From positions 1,984,001-2,048,000 of the forward strand of contig OZ250186.1 of NCBI GenBank assembly GCA_965238275.1: a DNA stretch of 64,000 nucleotides. Reading direction: 5' to 3'. The position numbers were made by a program, and so were the translations under genes. Source of the DNA: Nitrosopumilus sp. (lineage in GTDB: Archaea; Thermoproteota; Nitrososphaeria; Nitrososphaerales; Nitrosopumilaceae). Below, in pieces: positions 29,476 to 38,782 of the stretch. Position 1 is the stretch's first letter. The number at the start of each line of letters is the position of its first letter. A model generated the notes under the pieces. The model had not been told where the DNA came from. It saw only the letters and a list, made by a program, of their open reading frames with translations, and did no database searches.

Positions 29476-30402
29476 TCACTTTAGTACGGATTTGGTTATC
29501 CTGGCCCCCGCCTCAAACGGATCCATGCTGCCCTCCTGCACCATGTTAAGGTGTTTGGCGGTGGCCTTGTCAGAGAGTAGCATGTCATCGATTTTGCTGC
29601 GAATGTTATTTAAAATGATATCCCTTAGTTCGGCCTCGAGGCGCGGCCCGCGCGTCTCCTTTTTGGACTCTGCCCGGGACTTCATCATGCCCTTGAGCAC
29701 CTTTGCAAACTCGCCGATTCCCGTGTTCCTCTTTGCAGACGTCTTGAGGACGATCGGCCTTCTCTCAGAGCCCCCTATGAAGTCCTGCACGGCATCAAAG
29801 AGCCGGCTAGAGCCTGCAAGATCGCTTTTGTTGATGAGGTAGATGTCGCCAATCTCAGTCAGCCCGGCCTTGATGGTCTGGATGCTGTCGCCGGTATTGG
29901 GGTTGAATACCACCACGGTGATGTCTGCAATCTTGGATATCTCCACTTCCGTCTGTCCCGCCCCGACGCTCTCGATTATTATCGGGTCGAACCCGGCATA
30001 CTCCAGCACGCGGATGCTGTTTCTCAGGGAACCGGATACCGCGCCTGTAGCGCCCCTTGATGCGATGCTGCGGATATACGCGCCAGAGTCGGTGGACTCG
30101 CTCATCCTGACCCTGTCCCCGAGTATCGCCCCTCCGGTGATGTGGCTCGTGGGATCTATTGCCAGCACCGCAGGCTTGGTGCGCAGTTTCCTCAGGTCCA
30201 GAACGGTCTGGTTGATAAGCGAGCTCTTGCCGGCGCCTGCAGGCCCGGTTATCCCGATTATGACAGAGTTTCCTGTCTCCCCGAAGATCTCCTTGAGCAG
30301 TTCCCGGGTTCCTTCCGGATCGTTTTCCACCATGGTGATGGCCTTTGCAATGGCGCCCCGCCTCCCCTTCTTCAGATCAGGTATCAGATCCAATACGGTC
30401 AT
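29476..30402 (-). CDS. meaB: MeaB/ArgK GTPase chaperone of the mutase
   Basis: GITG..GAGKSS, AIDP.S..TGGAILGDR.RM, GAGQ.E and NKSD motifs. Confidence 0.93.
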   Translation of the reverse strand: MTVLDLIPDLKKGRRGAIAKAITMVENDPEGTRELLKEIFGETGNSVIIGITGPAGAGKSSLINQTVLDLRKLRTKPAVLAIDPTSHITGGAILGDRVRMSESTDSGAYIRSIASRGATGAVSGSLRNSIRVLEYAGFDPIIIESVGAGQTEVEISKIADITVVVFNPNTGDSIQTIKAGLTEIGDIYLINKSDLAGSSRLFDAVQDFIGGSERRPIVLKTSAKRNTGIGEFAKVLKGMMKSRAESKKETRGPRLEAELRDIILNNIRSKIDDMLLSDKATAKHLNMVQEGSMDPFEAGARITKSVLK

Positions 30403-30520
30403 GGCTCCAAGGGGCAATAAAATTCTGTTTACCGCGCAAGGGAGGAATGCAGACATTAATGGTGCCACAGGATGGGAATGTACTCATGGATCTTGGCCGG
30501 CCATGTCCTGCCGGTCTGTA

Positions 30521-30925
30521 TTATTCCCCGGCATAGATTATCGGGGCGGCGGGATCCCCATGGGGTCGGATCTCAGTCTTTATCTGCACGTGTCCGAACT
30601 CGCTGTGCTCGACTTCAAGCACCACAGGGTGTACCGCCCAGCCGTGCTTGGGGGTACCCTGGAATGGCACAGTCTCTGTAAACCCGGATCCCTCAAACCC
30701 CTTCTGGAACGATTCGGACATTCCAAGAATCTCAAGCACCACAGAGTCGGTGTTGCCGGAGACGTCATCATAAATGATCTCCACATCTCCAGTGTCATAG
30801 TATACGGCGCTGACATGAAGCGCCTCCCGAAGGGCCGCATCATCCCCACCCCGGTCCCCTGTCAAAAATAGGAGTGCAAGTACCGTGACCACCCCAAGAA
30901 GTATCGGGGCCGTAAACCTAGCCAT
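30521..30925 (-). CDS. Membrane-anchored hypothetical protein
   Basis: N-terminal hydrophobic helix; start overlaps the aminopeptidase stop. Confidence 0.75.
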   Translation of the reverse strand: MARFTAPILLGVVTVLALLFLTGDRGGDDAALREALHVSAVYYDTGDVEIIYDDVSGNTDSVVLEILGMSESFQKGFEGSGFTETVPFQGTPKHGWAVHPVVLEVEHSEFGHVQIKTEIRPHGDPAAPIIYAGE

Positions 30926-33422
30926 CCCCGAACTCCCGGTTCATCCTTCTGAGCAGCGCAGAGCGTATGCGCACCCTTTCAAGCATCTGTGCCTGCGTCC
31001 TCTCTGTTCCGGGTGCGGGGTTCTCCTTGAAGAATGCAGTTATCTCAGATTCCATGGAGTCGTCTGCCACAGACGATATGCTGGCAACTATCCGATTGAG
31101 CAACGGGTTTCCGGAGCCGACCTTTTTGTTGAGGCGCTTCCAGTTCTTTTTCAGCCATGGCCACAGGATCTTCCTGCCGTGCGGGTTGGCAGCCACCTTC
31201 ATGATTGGCAGCTGCATGTTCTGGGAACGGACCTCGGATGTCTGTGAAAAGTTGAGGGTTCTGGTGAGGAGTCGCGTGTCTTGGAACCCGCACATGGTGC
31301 CCAGGAACCTGAGCCTCTCCTCTGCGGTGCCTGCGTTCCTGTACAGTTCCAGCAGCTGGGCAAACGTCTTGGCGTTTCCGTTCCAGGCTGCAATGGAGCA
31401 GACAGGCTCGACCAGGTCGGGCCCGAGCGAGTCGGGAGACTCCAGGAATCGGTCGTACCGTGCACGCGCCTCGGCAGTCACTTCCGGGTCGTTCATCCGC
31501 CCCAGCGCAGATATCACAAACGTGCGCAGCATGGCATCGGTGTGGCTGTCCGTCTTTTTGGAATTCCATCCCAGGCGCGAAAGCATCGCCTTGAGGTGGC
31601 GCCGGGCATACATGCCAACCTCTCCTGAGAATCCCTCGTGGAATGCGCCAAAGTACAGCGATGCCAGATTGTGTGCGACGTTGAGGGATGCCATGTAGCT
31701 CTCCTCGTCAAGGTATGCGTCTGAAAAGTCAAGATAGTCTCGTACCGTCTTGTCGCCTGACACGCAAAGCGAGAAGAGATCGTTTTGGACCGCCCACCGG
31801 TCTATAGCGGGAACCTCCTTTTTGTCCACCATGGGCTTCAGGTCAGAGAGCATCGCGTCGTCGTACCTGACACGATAGAATCCCGTCCGTCCGTGGTTCA
31901 CGACTGGTCCTCTGGTACCTTTGGGAATCCTTACCGATACGGACTCTTTTTTGAGGAGTTTCCTTGATGACCCGTCTTGGAGTCCCATGGACAGTGGGAT
32001 GTGCCAGAGGCCGCCTGAGTGATCCTCGTCATGCTCCAGCAGGTAACGCCTCTGCTCAAGTTTCAGGGTGCTGCCTCTCCGGCTTGCCAAAACCAGCGGG
32101 AACCCGGGCTGCTTGAGCCAGGTGTCCACCATGGATGCCACCGGCATCCCCGACGCCCTGCCGATCGCTTTCCACAGATCTTTTCCCTCGGCGTTCCCGT
32201 ACTTGAAGTCAGACAGGTACTTCTTGAGGCCCTTTTGGAAGTTCGGCTCGCCGACATAGTGCTCAAGCATCCGCAGTATGCATCCCCCCTTGTCGTATGA
32301 TATCGCGTCAAATATTTCCCGGATCTCTGCCGGCGAGTTTACCGTGACGTCTATCGGATGGGTGGTCTTTAGGGAGTCGATTCCCATCGCAGCCAGCATG
32401 GCATCGTCGACAAACTGGCTCCACAGGTCCCACTGCGGATAGAACCGGTCGACAAACTTTGTCGCCATGAACGTGGCAAAGCTCTCGTTGAGCCACAGGT
32501 CGTTCCACCACTTCATGGTGACCAGGTTTCCAAACCACTGGTGCGCGATCTCGTGGGAGATGACTTCTGCGATAAACTGCTTGGTCCGGGTGGAGGAGGT
32601 CTTGGGGTCGTAAAGCAGTATGGTTTCCCGGAACGTGATGGCCCCCCAGTTCTCCATGGCGCCTGCTGCAAAGTCCGGGATGGCAATCAGGTCCAGCTTG
32701 GGCAGCGGGTATTCTATCCCAAAGTATTCCTCGTATGAAGTCAGCAGCTTCTTGCCCAGGTTCAGCGAGTATCTTCCGCGGGACTTGTTGCCCTTTGTGG
32801 TTACGACCCGGATCCTGGTCTTTCCTGCCTTTCCCGAGAGGTATTCAAACTCTCCCACGCCAAGATAGACAAGGTAGGTGGGGGTCACCGGGGTCTTTGC
32901 AAACCGGTGCAGCGTCCTGTTCCCGGATTTTTTCTTTGAGATGACGGGCATGTTTGATATCGCAGAGAATCTGTTATCGGCCAATATGGATATCTCAAAG
33001 GTGGCCTTTGCCATGGGCTCGTCCCAGCACGGAAACGCGCGCCTTGCATCGGCTGCCTCAAACTGGGTCGTGGCAAGATACTTTGTCGTGCCGTCCTGCT
33101 GCTCATACCGGCTTCTGTAGAATCCAAGGAGCCGGTCGTTTAGCGTCCCCTGAAACTTTATGGATATCGTTACGGGGCCCTTGATCTTCTTGTCCAGTGT
33201 TATTTTCAGTTCCTCTTGTTTATCGTCAGTGGCATGGGTGGAGCCGACCGTTTTGCCTTCGTGCTCTACCACGCACGATTTTATCTTCAGCTCTGCACAG
33301 TGCATTGTGATACTGTCAGTGCGCACCATGCAGGACGCAGAGATGGTCTCGGTTCCATCAAAGACAAACTTTTCAAGATCCGGCTCAAAGATCAGATTAT
33401 AGTTGATGGGTTTTACATTCAC
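30918..33422 (-). CDS. M1 family aminopeptidase (tricorn factor F2/F3-like) with ERAP1-like C-terminal domain
   Basis: TQFE..DARR.FPC.DEP, GAMENWG, HEIAHQWFGNLVT..WW..LWLNE and Y.KG motifs. Confidence 0.96.
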   Translation of the reverse strand: MNVKPINYNLIFEPDLEKFVFDGTETISASCMVRTDSITMHCAELKIKSCVVEHEGKTVGSTHATDDKQEELKITLDKKIKGPVTISIKFQGTLNDRLLGFYRSRYEQQDGTTKYLATTQFEAADARRAFPCWDEPMAKATFEISILADNRFSAISNMPVISKKKSGNRTLHRFAKTPVTPTYLVYLGVGEFEYLSGKAGKTRIRVVTTKGNKSRGRYSLNLGKKLLTSYEEYFGIEYPLPKLDLIAIPDFAAGAMENWGAITFRETILLYDPKTSSTRTKQFIAEVISHEIAHQWFGNLVTMKWWNDLWLNESFATFMATKFVDRFYPQWDLWSQFVDDAMLAAMGIDSLKTTHPIDVTVNSPAEIREIFDAISYDKGGCILRMLEHYVGEPNFQKGLKKYLSDFKYGNAEGKDLWKAIGRASGMPVASMVDTWLKQPGFPLVLASRRGSTLKLEQRRYLLEHDEDHSGGLWHIPLSMGLQDGSSRKLLKKESVSVRIPKGTRGPVVNHGRTGFYRVRYDDAMLSDLKPMVDKKEVPAIDRWAVQNDLFSLCVSGDKTVRDYLDFSDAYLDEESYMASLNVAHNLASLYFGAFHEGFSGEVGMYARRHLKAMLSRLGWNSKKTDSHTDAMLRTFVISALGRMNDPEVTAEARARYDRFLESPDSLGPDLVEPVCSIAAWNGNAKTFAQLLELYRNAGTAEERLRFLGTMCGFQDTRLLTRTLNFSQTSEVRSQNMQLPIMKVAANPHGRKILWPWLKKNWKRLNKKVGSGNPLLNRIVASISSVADDSMESEITAFFKENPAPGTERTQAQMLERVRIRSALLRRMNREFGDG

Positions 33423-33569
33423 GGCTGTTCTTTTTTTGTTGCGCCATAAGTAGATTTTCCAGCATGTGGTTCTTGCAGGCCAGGACGCACTGGATTTTGG
33501 GGGAGGCAGTACAAATCTGTCAGGACCTACACGCAGATGTCACTTATACAGTGTGACCTGCCCCGAGTG

Positions 33570-34073
33570 CTACAGTCCAATCTTTTCTTTGATCTGGTGT
33601 ATCTCGTTTTCTAGTCTCTGGAATCGGTCATCCATCATGTCGTGCATGTTGTTTGAGAGGCTCCGTATCTCTGCAGTGGTCTGATCCTGTTTGCCCGGCA
33701 TCTGATCCTGCTTGCCCGGCATCTGATCCTGTTTGTTATTCATGCTAGCAAGACAGCTGTATTGTGTAGAGAAGCCTTCAATCATCTCTTCTGCCAAGTC
33801 CCCGTGTGCGATTTTAAAGGATTTGAATTCGCCTGTCGCAGTCTGATATGATGTCTGAACATCATCTATCATTATGGGATGTTTGGCATCGCGTATGTCT
33901 TGAATCAATGATTCGATGTTTTGTCGGGTACCCTCTGCTATGATCTCTACAGGGCCATCATCCAAGTTTTTAATGCGGCCTTTGATTTTGAGGCGGTGGG
34001 CACTGTTACGCAGCCTGTATCTGAATCCAACTCCCTGAACTATCCCGTGTACAGTGATTGTAGCCCGTTCCAT
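33570..34073 (-). CDS. Acylphosphatase with a C-terminal coiled-coil/heptad-repeat extension
   Basis: G.VQGVGFR and G.IKN..DG.VE motifs. Tail KQDQMPG x2 plus KQDQ. Confidence 0.88.
   Translation of the reverse strand: MERATITVHGIVQGVGFRYRLRNSAHRLKIKGRIKNLDDGPVEIIAEGTRQNIESLIQDIRDAKHPIMIDDVQTSYQTATGEFKSFKIAHGDLAEEMIEGFSTQYSCLASMNNKQDQMPGKQDQMPGKQDQTTAEIRSLSNNMHDMMDDRFQRLENEIHQIKEKIGL
33681..33735. repeat. 21-bp tandem repeat (about 2.6 copies)
   Basis: Units of ctgatcctgYttgcccggcat. Confidence 0.85.
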
Positions 34074-34188
34074 GACATTATATGCAATCTTTATTTTATT
34101 ATGCTTTTCAAAGACATGTTTCGCGTGCGGAGCATAACAGGATACCTGAGTAATGCAAACCTCAAATACGCTCGCTCCATGTGTAGTC

Positions 34189-34353
34189 ATGTTGGATTTT
34201 GAAGAGATGGAACACTTTATCCGGCACAAGATGAAGATGGCCCACGTCTACCAGCCACTGTTGATCAAGACCATGTACCTCAAGAAAAAATTTGGTGATA
34301 AAGAGTACCTTGAACACCTTTTGGGGATGTATGGGCGTATGGCCGGAACATGA
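34189..34353 (+). pseudogene. N-terminal remnant of an HNH/HIT-associated protein
   Basis: F.E...FI...MKMAHVYQPLLIKT resembles the M.MSH.YQP start of larger HNH/HIT proteins as I recall it; the ORF ends after about 54 aa. Confidence 0.45.
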
Positions 34354-35418
34354 CTAGCGCTTCATTGGGAACCTGACAAGAATTTTGTAATTGTGTCTTT
34401 TTGCGTTCCCATAGTGCCAGTCTATGTCGTGGGTCCCATGGTTTAGGCTGTGCAGTGATTTCTCCATCTGCCCGAGTGTGGCATGCTCGACATTCCTCTT
34501 CTTCAAATTCTCAATATACTTCTTCGGTGGTAGGTTGTTCAGTTTCCTGCAGTTGCACTCCTGGCAGGCAAGCACCAGATTCCACAATTCCGTGTCGCCG
34601 ATATAGTCGTATGGGATCACGTGGTCTACATGCGTCTTGTCAGGTTCCAATGCGTCCTTGCAGTAAAAGCACGTATGCGTGAATGACTCTAGGAGTCTGC
34701 GGAATTTTGCCTGGTCTCTCGGGCTGATGTCGTTTGCTTCTATCTTGCTGACCAGTCTTGGCATCCCGAGGTTGCGCGTCTCAAGGAAACGCACCCATTC
34801 GAGAATGACTGCCTTGAATAGTATGTCGTGGTTATCCTTGAAATATCGCATCGCATCTGGATTCAGGCGGATTCCGCCACCGGGGTCGATTTTTTTGTTG
34901 TCTGCTGAGTCGTTGTAAGCCTTTGCCAGATAGTCAAAGAAGATCTTCTCTTTTTCCTGAAACCGTGGCACCACGTCGTCAAAACACTTTTTGGTGATTC
35001 GTTCAACGCATCTCTGTATTTTTGCCGGTTCCTTTTTCTCCAACTCTTTGAACGTGTACGGGTATTCCTCTCCGGTAAACTCCATACGTATTATAGTAAT
35101 GATTTCCGGTTGCTGGTTTGACGGTCCCTGAAGGAGCTTGGACTTGCATTCCTGCAACCAGTAGTAGCGAAAAAAATATTTTGCAATCACCGAGTAGCGG
35201 ATCTGCACCGCATCACTGGAGTTGCTGTAATCCAGCAGGAATCTGGCCAGCGCGAACTTGTAGGTATTGTTCTTGCTGCCTCTTGTCAGTATCCTCATGA
35301 ACGCGGTACGGAACTCATAGTCGGTCCTTTGTTCAAACTCCACACAATTCTTGTTATGGAACGGTAGATATGTGATTTGGTGCGCGGTACGAGACGTGTT
35401 CCCGGTACGAGTTGCCAC
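34354..35418 (-). CDS. HNH endonuclease (McrA-like Zn-HNH) with an N-terminal TYKFAL domain
   Basis: CFYC..HVDHVIP..WNLVLAC..CN..K and N-terminal K.NTYKFAL. The true start may lie downstream of 35418. Confidence 0.88.
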   Translation of the reverse strand: MATRTGNTSRTAHQITYLPFHNKNCVEFEQRTDYEFRTAFMRILTRGSKNNTYKFALARFLLDYSNSSDAVQIRYSVIAKYFFRYYWLQECKSKLLQGPSNQQPEIITIIRMEFTGEEYPYTFKELEKKEPAKIQRCVERITKKCFDDVVPRFQEKEKIFFDYLAKAYNDSADNKKIDPGGGIRLNPDAMRYFKDNHDILFKAVILEWVRFLETRNLGMPRLVSKIEANDISPRDQAKFRRLLESFTHTCFYCKDALEPDKTHVDHVIPYDYIGDTELWNLVLACQECNCRKLNNLPPKKYIENLKKRNVEHATLGQMEKSLHSLNHGTHDIDWHYGNAKRHNYKILVRFPMKR

Positions 35419-35616
35419 GAAACCACTTGTCTGGGAGGCAGATCAAGTAGGAGATTTTGCGTCGGTCCTTATTGGATTTGGGTTTGCAGATATCGCACAT
35501 ATGGCGGTAGGATTGGATGCCTCTAATCACTTGCTTCTCTTCTACACTTCTTCGTATCTCGCATTCCTTGCAGTCCGGGTTCCATAGTTAATATTTGTGT
35601 CATTTCCACCACATCC

Positions 35617-36615
35617 ATGGCAAAGACGTGGAAGGACGAGGAGATCAGCCTTGAGAAGATCAAGAGCCAGACAGTTGCCGTGATTGGTTATGGAATCCAG
35701 GGAGACGCACAGGCCAACAACATGAAGGACTCCGGGCTAAACGTGATAGTCGGCCTCAAGGAGGGCGGCAACAGCTGGGGCAAGGCAAAAACAGACGGCC
35801 ACAACGTAATGCCGGTCGCAGACGCAGTCAAGCAGGCAGACGTCATCCACGTGCTGGTTCCAGACATGATCCAGGGCGAGATGTACAAAAATGTGATAGC
35901 CCCCAACCTTTCGGAAGGCAACGCGTTGTCATTTTCCCACGCAGCTGCCATCTATTGGAAGTGGATTGAGGCTCCAGACAACGTTGATCTTATCATGGTT
36001 GCGCCCAAGGGGCCAGGCTCCAAGGTAAGGGAGACGTACCTTGACGGCTTTGGAACGCCGTCCATAGTGGCAGTCGAGCAGGACTTTACAGGAATGGCGT
36101 GGGACAGGACACTTGGAATCGCAAAGGCCATTGGGAGTGCAAGGGCCGGCCTCATCAGAACCACCTTCAAGGAGGAGGTGGAGACTGACTGGTTTGGCGA
36201 ACAGGCAGACCTGTGCGGCGGTGCGGCATCCATGGTGACAAACGCCTTTGAGACGCTAGTCGAGGCAGGCTACCAGCCGGAGATTGCATACTTTGAGGTA
36301 CTGCACGAGCTGAAGCTTATAGTTGACATGATTCAAAGGTACGGCATCAATGGCATGTGGAACCGTGTCAGCGAGACTGCAAGGTATGGCGGCCTGACGC
36401 GCGGGCCGATGGTGATGGACGAGGCAAGCAAGGAGAGGATGAGAAACGTTCTGACCATGATTCAGGACGGAACCTTCAACGCCGAGTGGGTATCAGAGTA
36501 CCAAAAGGGCGGCAAGGACGCGTTTGCCAAATACATGAAACAGTACGATAACCACCAGATAGAAAAAGTCGGCAAGCAGATGCGCAAGATGATGTGGCCA
36601 GATTCCACCGAATAA
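35617..36615 (+). CDS. ilvC: Ketol-acid reductoisomerase
   Basis: IGYG.QG.AQA.N, APKGPG, E.ETD.FGEQ..LCGG and SETA.YG motifs. Confidence 0.96.
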   Translation: MAKTWKDEEISLEKIKSQTVAVIGYGIQGDAQANNMKDSGLNVIVGLKEGGNSWGKAKTDGHNVMPVADAVKQADVIHVLVPDMIQGEMYKNVIAPNLSEGNALSFSHAAAIYWKWIEAPDNVDLIMVAPKGPGSKVRETYLDGFGTPSIVAVEQDFTGMAWDRTLGIAKAIGSARAGLIRTTFKEEVETDWFGEQADLCGGAASMVTNAFETLVEAGYQPEIAYFEVLHELKLIVDMIQRYGINGMWNRVSETARYGGLTRGPMVMDEASKERMRNVLTMIQDGTFNAEWVSEYQKGGKDAFAKYMKQYDNHQIEKVGKQMRKMMWPDSTE

Positions 36616-36623
36616 GACTACTA

Positions 36624-37046
36624 CTAAATTCTTCCCAGATCAGAGACGCCCGTATTGATGTGATCTATTATTACCGGTAATGGCGTTCCGGGGCCAAACA
36701 CGTGTTTCACGCCTGACTTCATCAGCGCCTTGTGATCCACGTCAGGAATCACGCCGCCTCCGACTACCAGCACGTTTTCAACGTCCCTCTTCTTCAGCTC
36801 CTTTATCACCCTTGGAAACAGCGTTCCGTGTGCGCCATTAAGCAGGCTCATTGCAATTGCATCCACGTCCTCGTCCTGGGCAATCTGCGCCACCCTCTCG
36901 GGAGTTGCAAACAGGCCCGAATAGATGACCTCCATGCCGGCATCCCTGAAGGCCCTGCAGAGGACAAGCGCCCCCCGGTCGTGGCCGTCAAGGCCGAGCT
37001 TGGCAACCAGAATCTTGATGCTTCGGGATGCGACCTTTTGCTTCAT
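36624..37046 (-). CDS. Methylmalonyl-CoA mutase, cobalamin-binding small subunit
   Basis: KLGLDGHDRGA, GGG.IP and FGPGT motifs. Confidence 0.93.
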   Translation of the reverse strand: MKQKVASRSIKILVAKLGLDGHDRGALVLCRAFRDAGMEVIYSGLFATPERVAQIAQDEDVDAIAMSLLNGAHGTLFPRVIKELKKRDVENVLVVGGGVIPDVDHKALMKSGVKHVFGPGTPLPVIIDHINTGVSDLGRI

Positions 37047-37229
37047 ACCGGTAACTGGATTATTGATCTTTTAAAATCCTTCTACAGGATGTCCGGATAC
37101 ATGGAGGCTTAACATGCACGTGCGTGCACAGAGGTCGGATAAGTTGCAAGAGACCGCGTCCTCAAATCCCCGATAACTTTTCTGTGCAGTTTAAGAAACA
37201 ATTTTTAAGAATCCACTCCAGCGCAGTAC

Positions 37230-37979
37230 GTGGCACGCCCAAAAATTACCAATACCTTGAAAGGGGCCCTTGGCGAAACCTACTACAAGGAGCTCTGTTC
37301 GCAAAGGGGCTGGGCATACTGCTCGCTTGAAGTCATATACCGTTCCAAGGATCTTGACGCCGTGACTTTCAAGATGGGATTTGAGAGGGTTCGTGTCAAC
37401 ATTCCTGAATCTATGAGGCCAGAAGTCCTGCGAATAGCAAAACCATCCAACCGATCTTCCCACAACCCAAGCTTCGTGTTTGACTACCTGGCCTGCAAGA
37501 TAGGACAAGCAGACACATCACGAATTCAGCGTCCTCAAGTGCGCGATTTCTGCTGGGCTGAAGTAAAGACTGGATTGGGGATTTTCTCGGACAACCAGTA
37601 CAAGACGCTGTCAGAAATACGCCTGCCGATTGCCATTTTCCACATAGAAGACGTTCTAGCCGAACCGAGGCACATAGAGATGGATTGGGAAATGACGTCC
37701 GGGGCTAAGTTTGCGCGCATGTTGGATGAAAATGACGATGATTACAAAGATGACTATCGCAACAGTGGCAGGAGCAATTCCAAACGCAACGATTACGGCA
37801 ACAGCCGTGGAAACGACTACAAAAACAGCCATGATTCGAGCCGTAGCGGCATGGTGGCAAAATTTGGCGGCACGTGCAACATATGCAAGCGCAAAATAAT
37901 CGCCGGCAAAGACAGGGTAGCACAGGACAGGTACTCGAAATGGGTTCATGCAGGATGCGCGCCACGAAGAAAATATTGA
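37230..37979 (+). CDS. Putative PD-(D/E)XK nuclease-like protein with a low-complexity linker and a C-terminal Zn finger
   Basis: G.LGE, FD, AEVK; repeated DY.NS; C..C...I..G..WVH..C. Confidence 0.65.
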   Translation: MARPKITNTLKGALGETYYKELCSQRGWAYCSLEVIYRSKDLDAVTFKMGFERVRVNIPESMRPEVLRIAKPSNRSSHNPSFVFDYLACKIGQADTSRIQRPQVRDFCWAEVKTGLGIFSDNQYKTLSEIRLPIAIFHIEDVLAEPRHIEMDWEMTSGAKFARMLDENDDDYKDDYRNSGRSNSKRNDYGNSRGNDYKNSHDSSRSGMVAKFGGTCNICKRKIIAGKDRVAQDRYSKWVHAGCAPRRKY

Positions 37980-38100
37980 ACAGCGTGAGTCAGATTACGC
38001 GTGTCCTTCATTCATAATACCCGCACTTGCGGATGGAAAATGATCCAGATAACAGCCCACTGTGGGTTCGAATCCCTTTAGACCCGCTCCCTACAGCATG

Positions 38101-38223
38101 TCAGATCTTAATTATCCGGTTGCACGACCTGCACTTGACTACAACCACGCCGTCGCCTGGAAGCCGGACAAACCTCTTTGAGCCGCATCCGGGGCAGATT
38201 GGGCATGCACGGACCGGCTCCAT
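38101..38223 (-). CDS. 40-aa Zn-ribbon microprotein (not in the ORF track)
   Basis: MEPVRACPICPGCGSKRFVRLPGDGVVVVKCRSCNRIIKI. Its ATG overlaps the nadM stop (TGATG). Confidence 0.65.
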   Translation of the reverse strand: MEPVRACPICPGCGSKRFVRLPGDGVVVVKCRSCNRIIKI

Positions 38224-38753
38224 CAGTGTTTGGTGGGAACTGTGTCTGATTTAGATATTACCTCAAGCCTTCCCCTGGCGTTGATTCCCGTAAGAAAAGC
38301 ATACACCGCATCCGGCACAAGGCTCTTCCAGTCCCCACCGGAGGCTATCAGCGAGCGGATGTTCGTGGCGTTGTACCTTGAGGCGTCCAGAAACTCCGGT
38401 GCCACCACCTCCACCCCGGAGTCAGAGAGCAGCATGGAGACGTAGTCGTTTCCGCTGTATACGCGCTCAAAGCTGGGCAGCGCGGACCTGAGGTAGGAGT
38501 GCCAGGTGGCAACGTTGAACTGGTTTTCGATTGAGAGGACAATAAATCTGGACAGGTCAAGGCCGGAGGCCTTGAGGGATTCGCGAATCATCTCGATGCG
38601 CTCTCCTGCCGTGAACGGATCCTTCTCCAGATAGTTGAACTGGGCGCTTGTGACTGCTATTATCACCTCGTCGCAGTCCCCAAGGATGCGTTCTGCCAGA
38701 TGCAGGTGGCCAAGATGAAACGGCTGGAACCTGCCCATCATTAATCCGCGCAC
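38223..38753 (-). CDS. nadM: Nicotinamide-nucleotide adenylyltransferase
   Basis: GRFQPFHLGH, PFTAGER and AT.IR motifs. Confidence 0.93.
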   Translation of the reverse strand: MRGLMMGRFQPFHLGHLHLAERILGDCDEVIIAVTSAQFNYLEKDPFTAGERIEMIRESLKASGLDLSRFIVLSIENQFNVATWHSYLRSALPSFERVYSGNDYVSMLLSDSGVEVVAPEFLDASRYNATNIRSLIASGGDWKSLVPDAVYAFLTGINARGRLEVISKSDTVPTKH

Positions 38754-38782
38754 ATCAGGGACTGGTTTTGGATTTTATTAAG

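Noticed and set aside
29843-31698. Long antisense ORFs, such as 29843-30871 and 30967-31698, and others like them across the window
   Set aside because: They are shadow frames of well-supported genes on the opposite strand and lack family motifs.
38025-38095. Intact tRNA gene
   Set aside because: A T-loop-like GGTTCGAATCC is present, but the T-stem is mismatched, no D or anticodon arms can be folded, and the span is too short.
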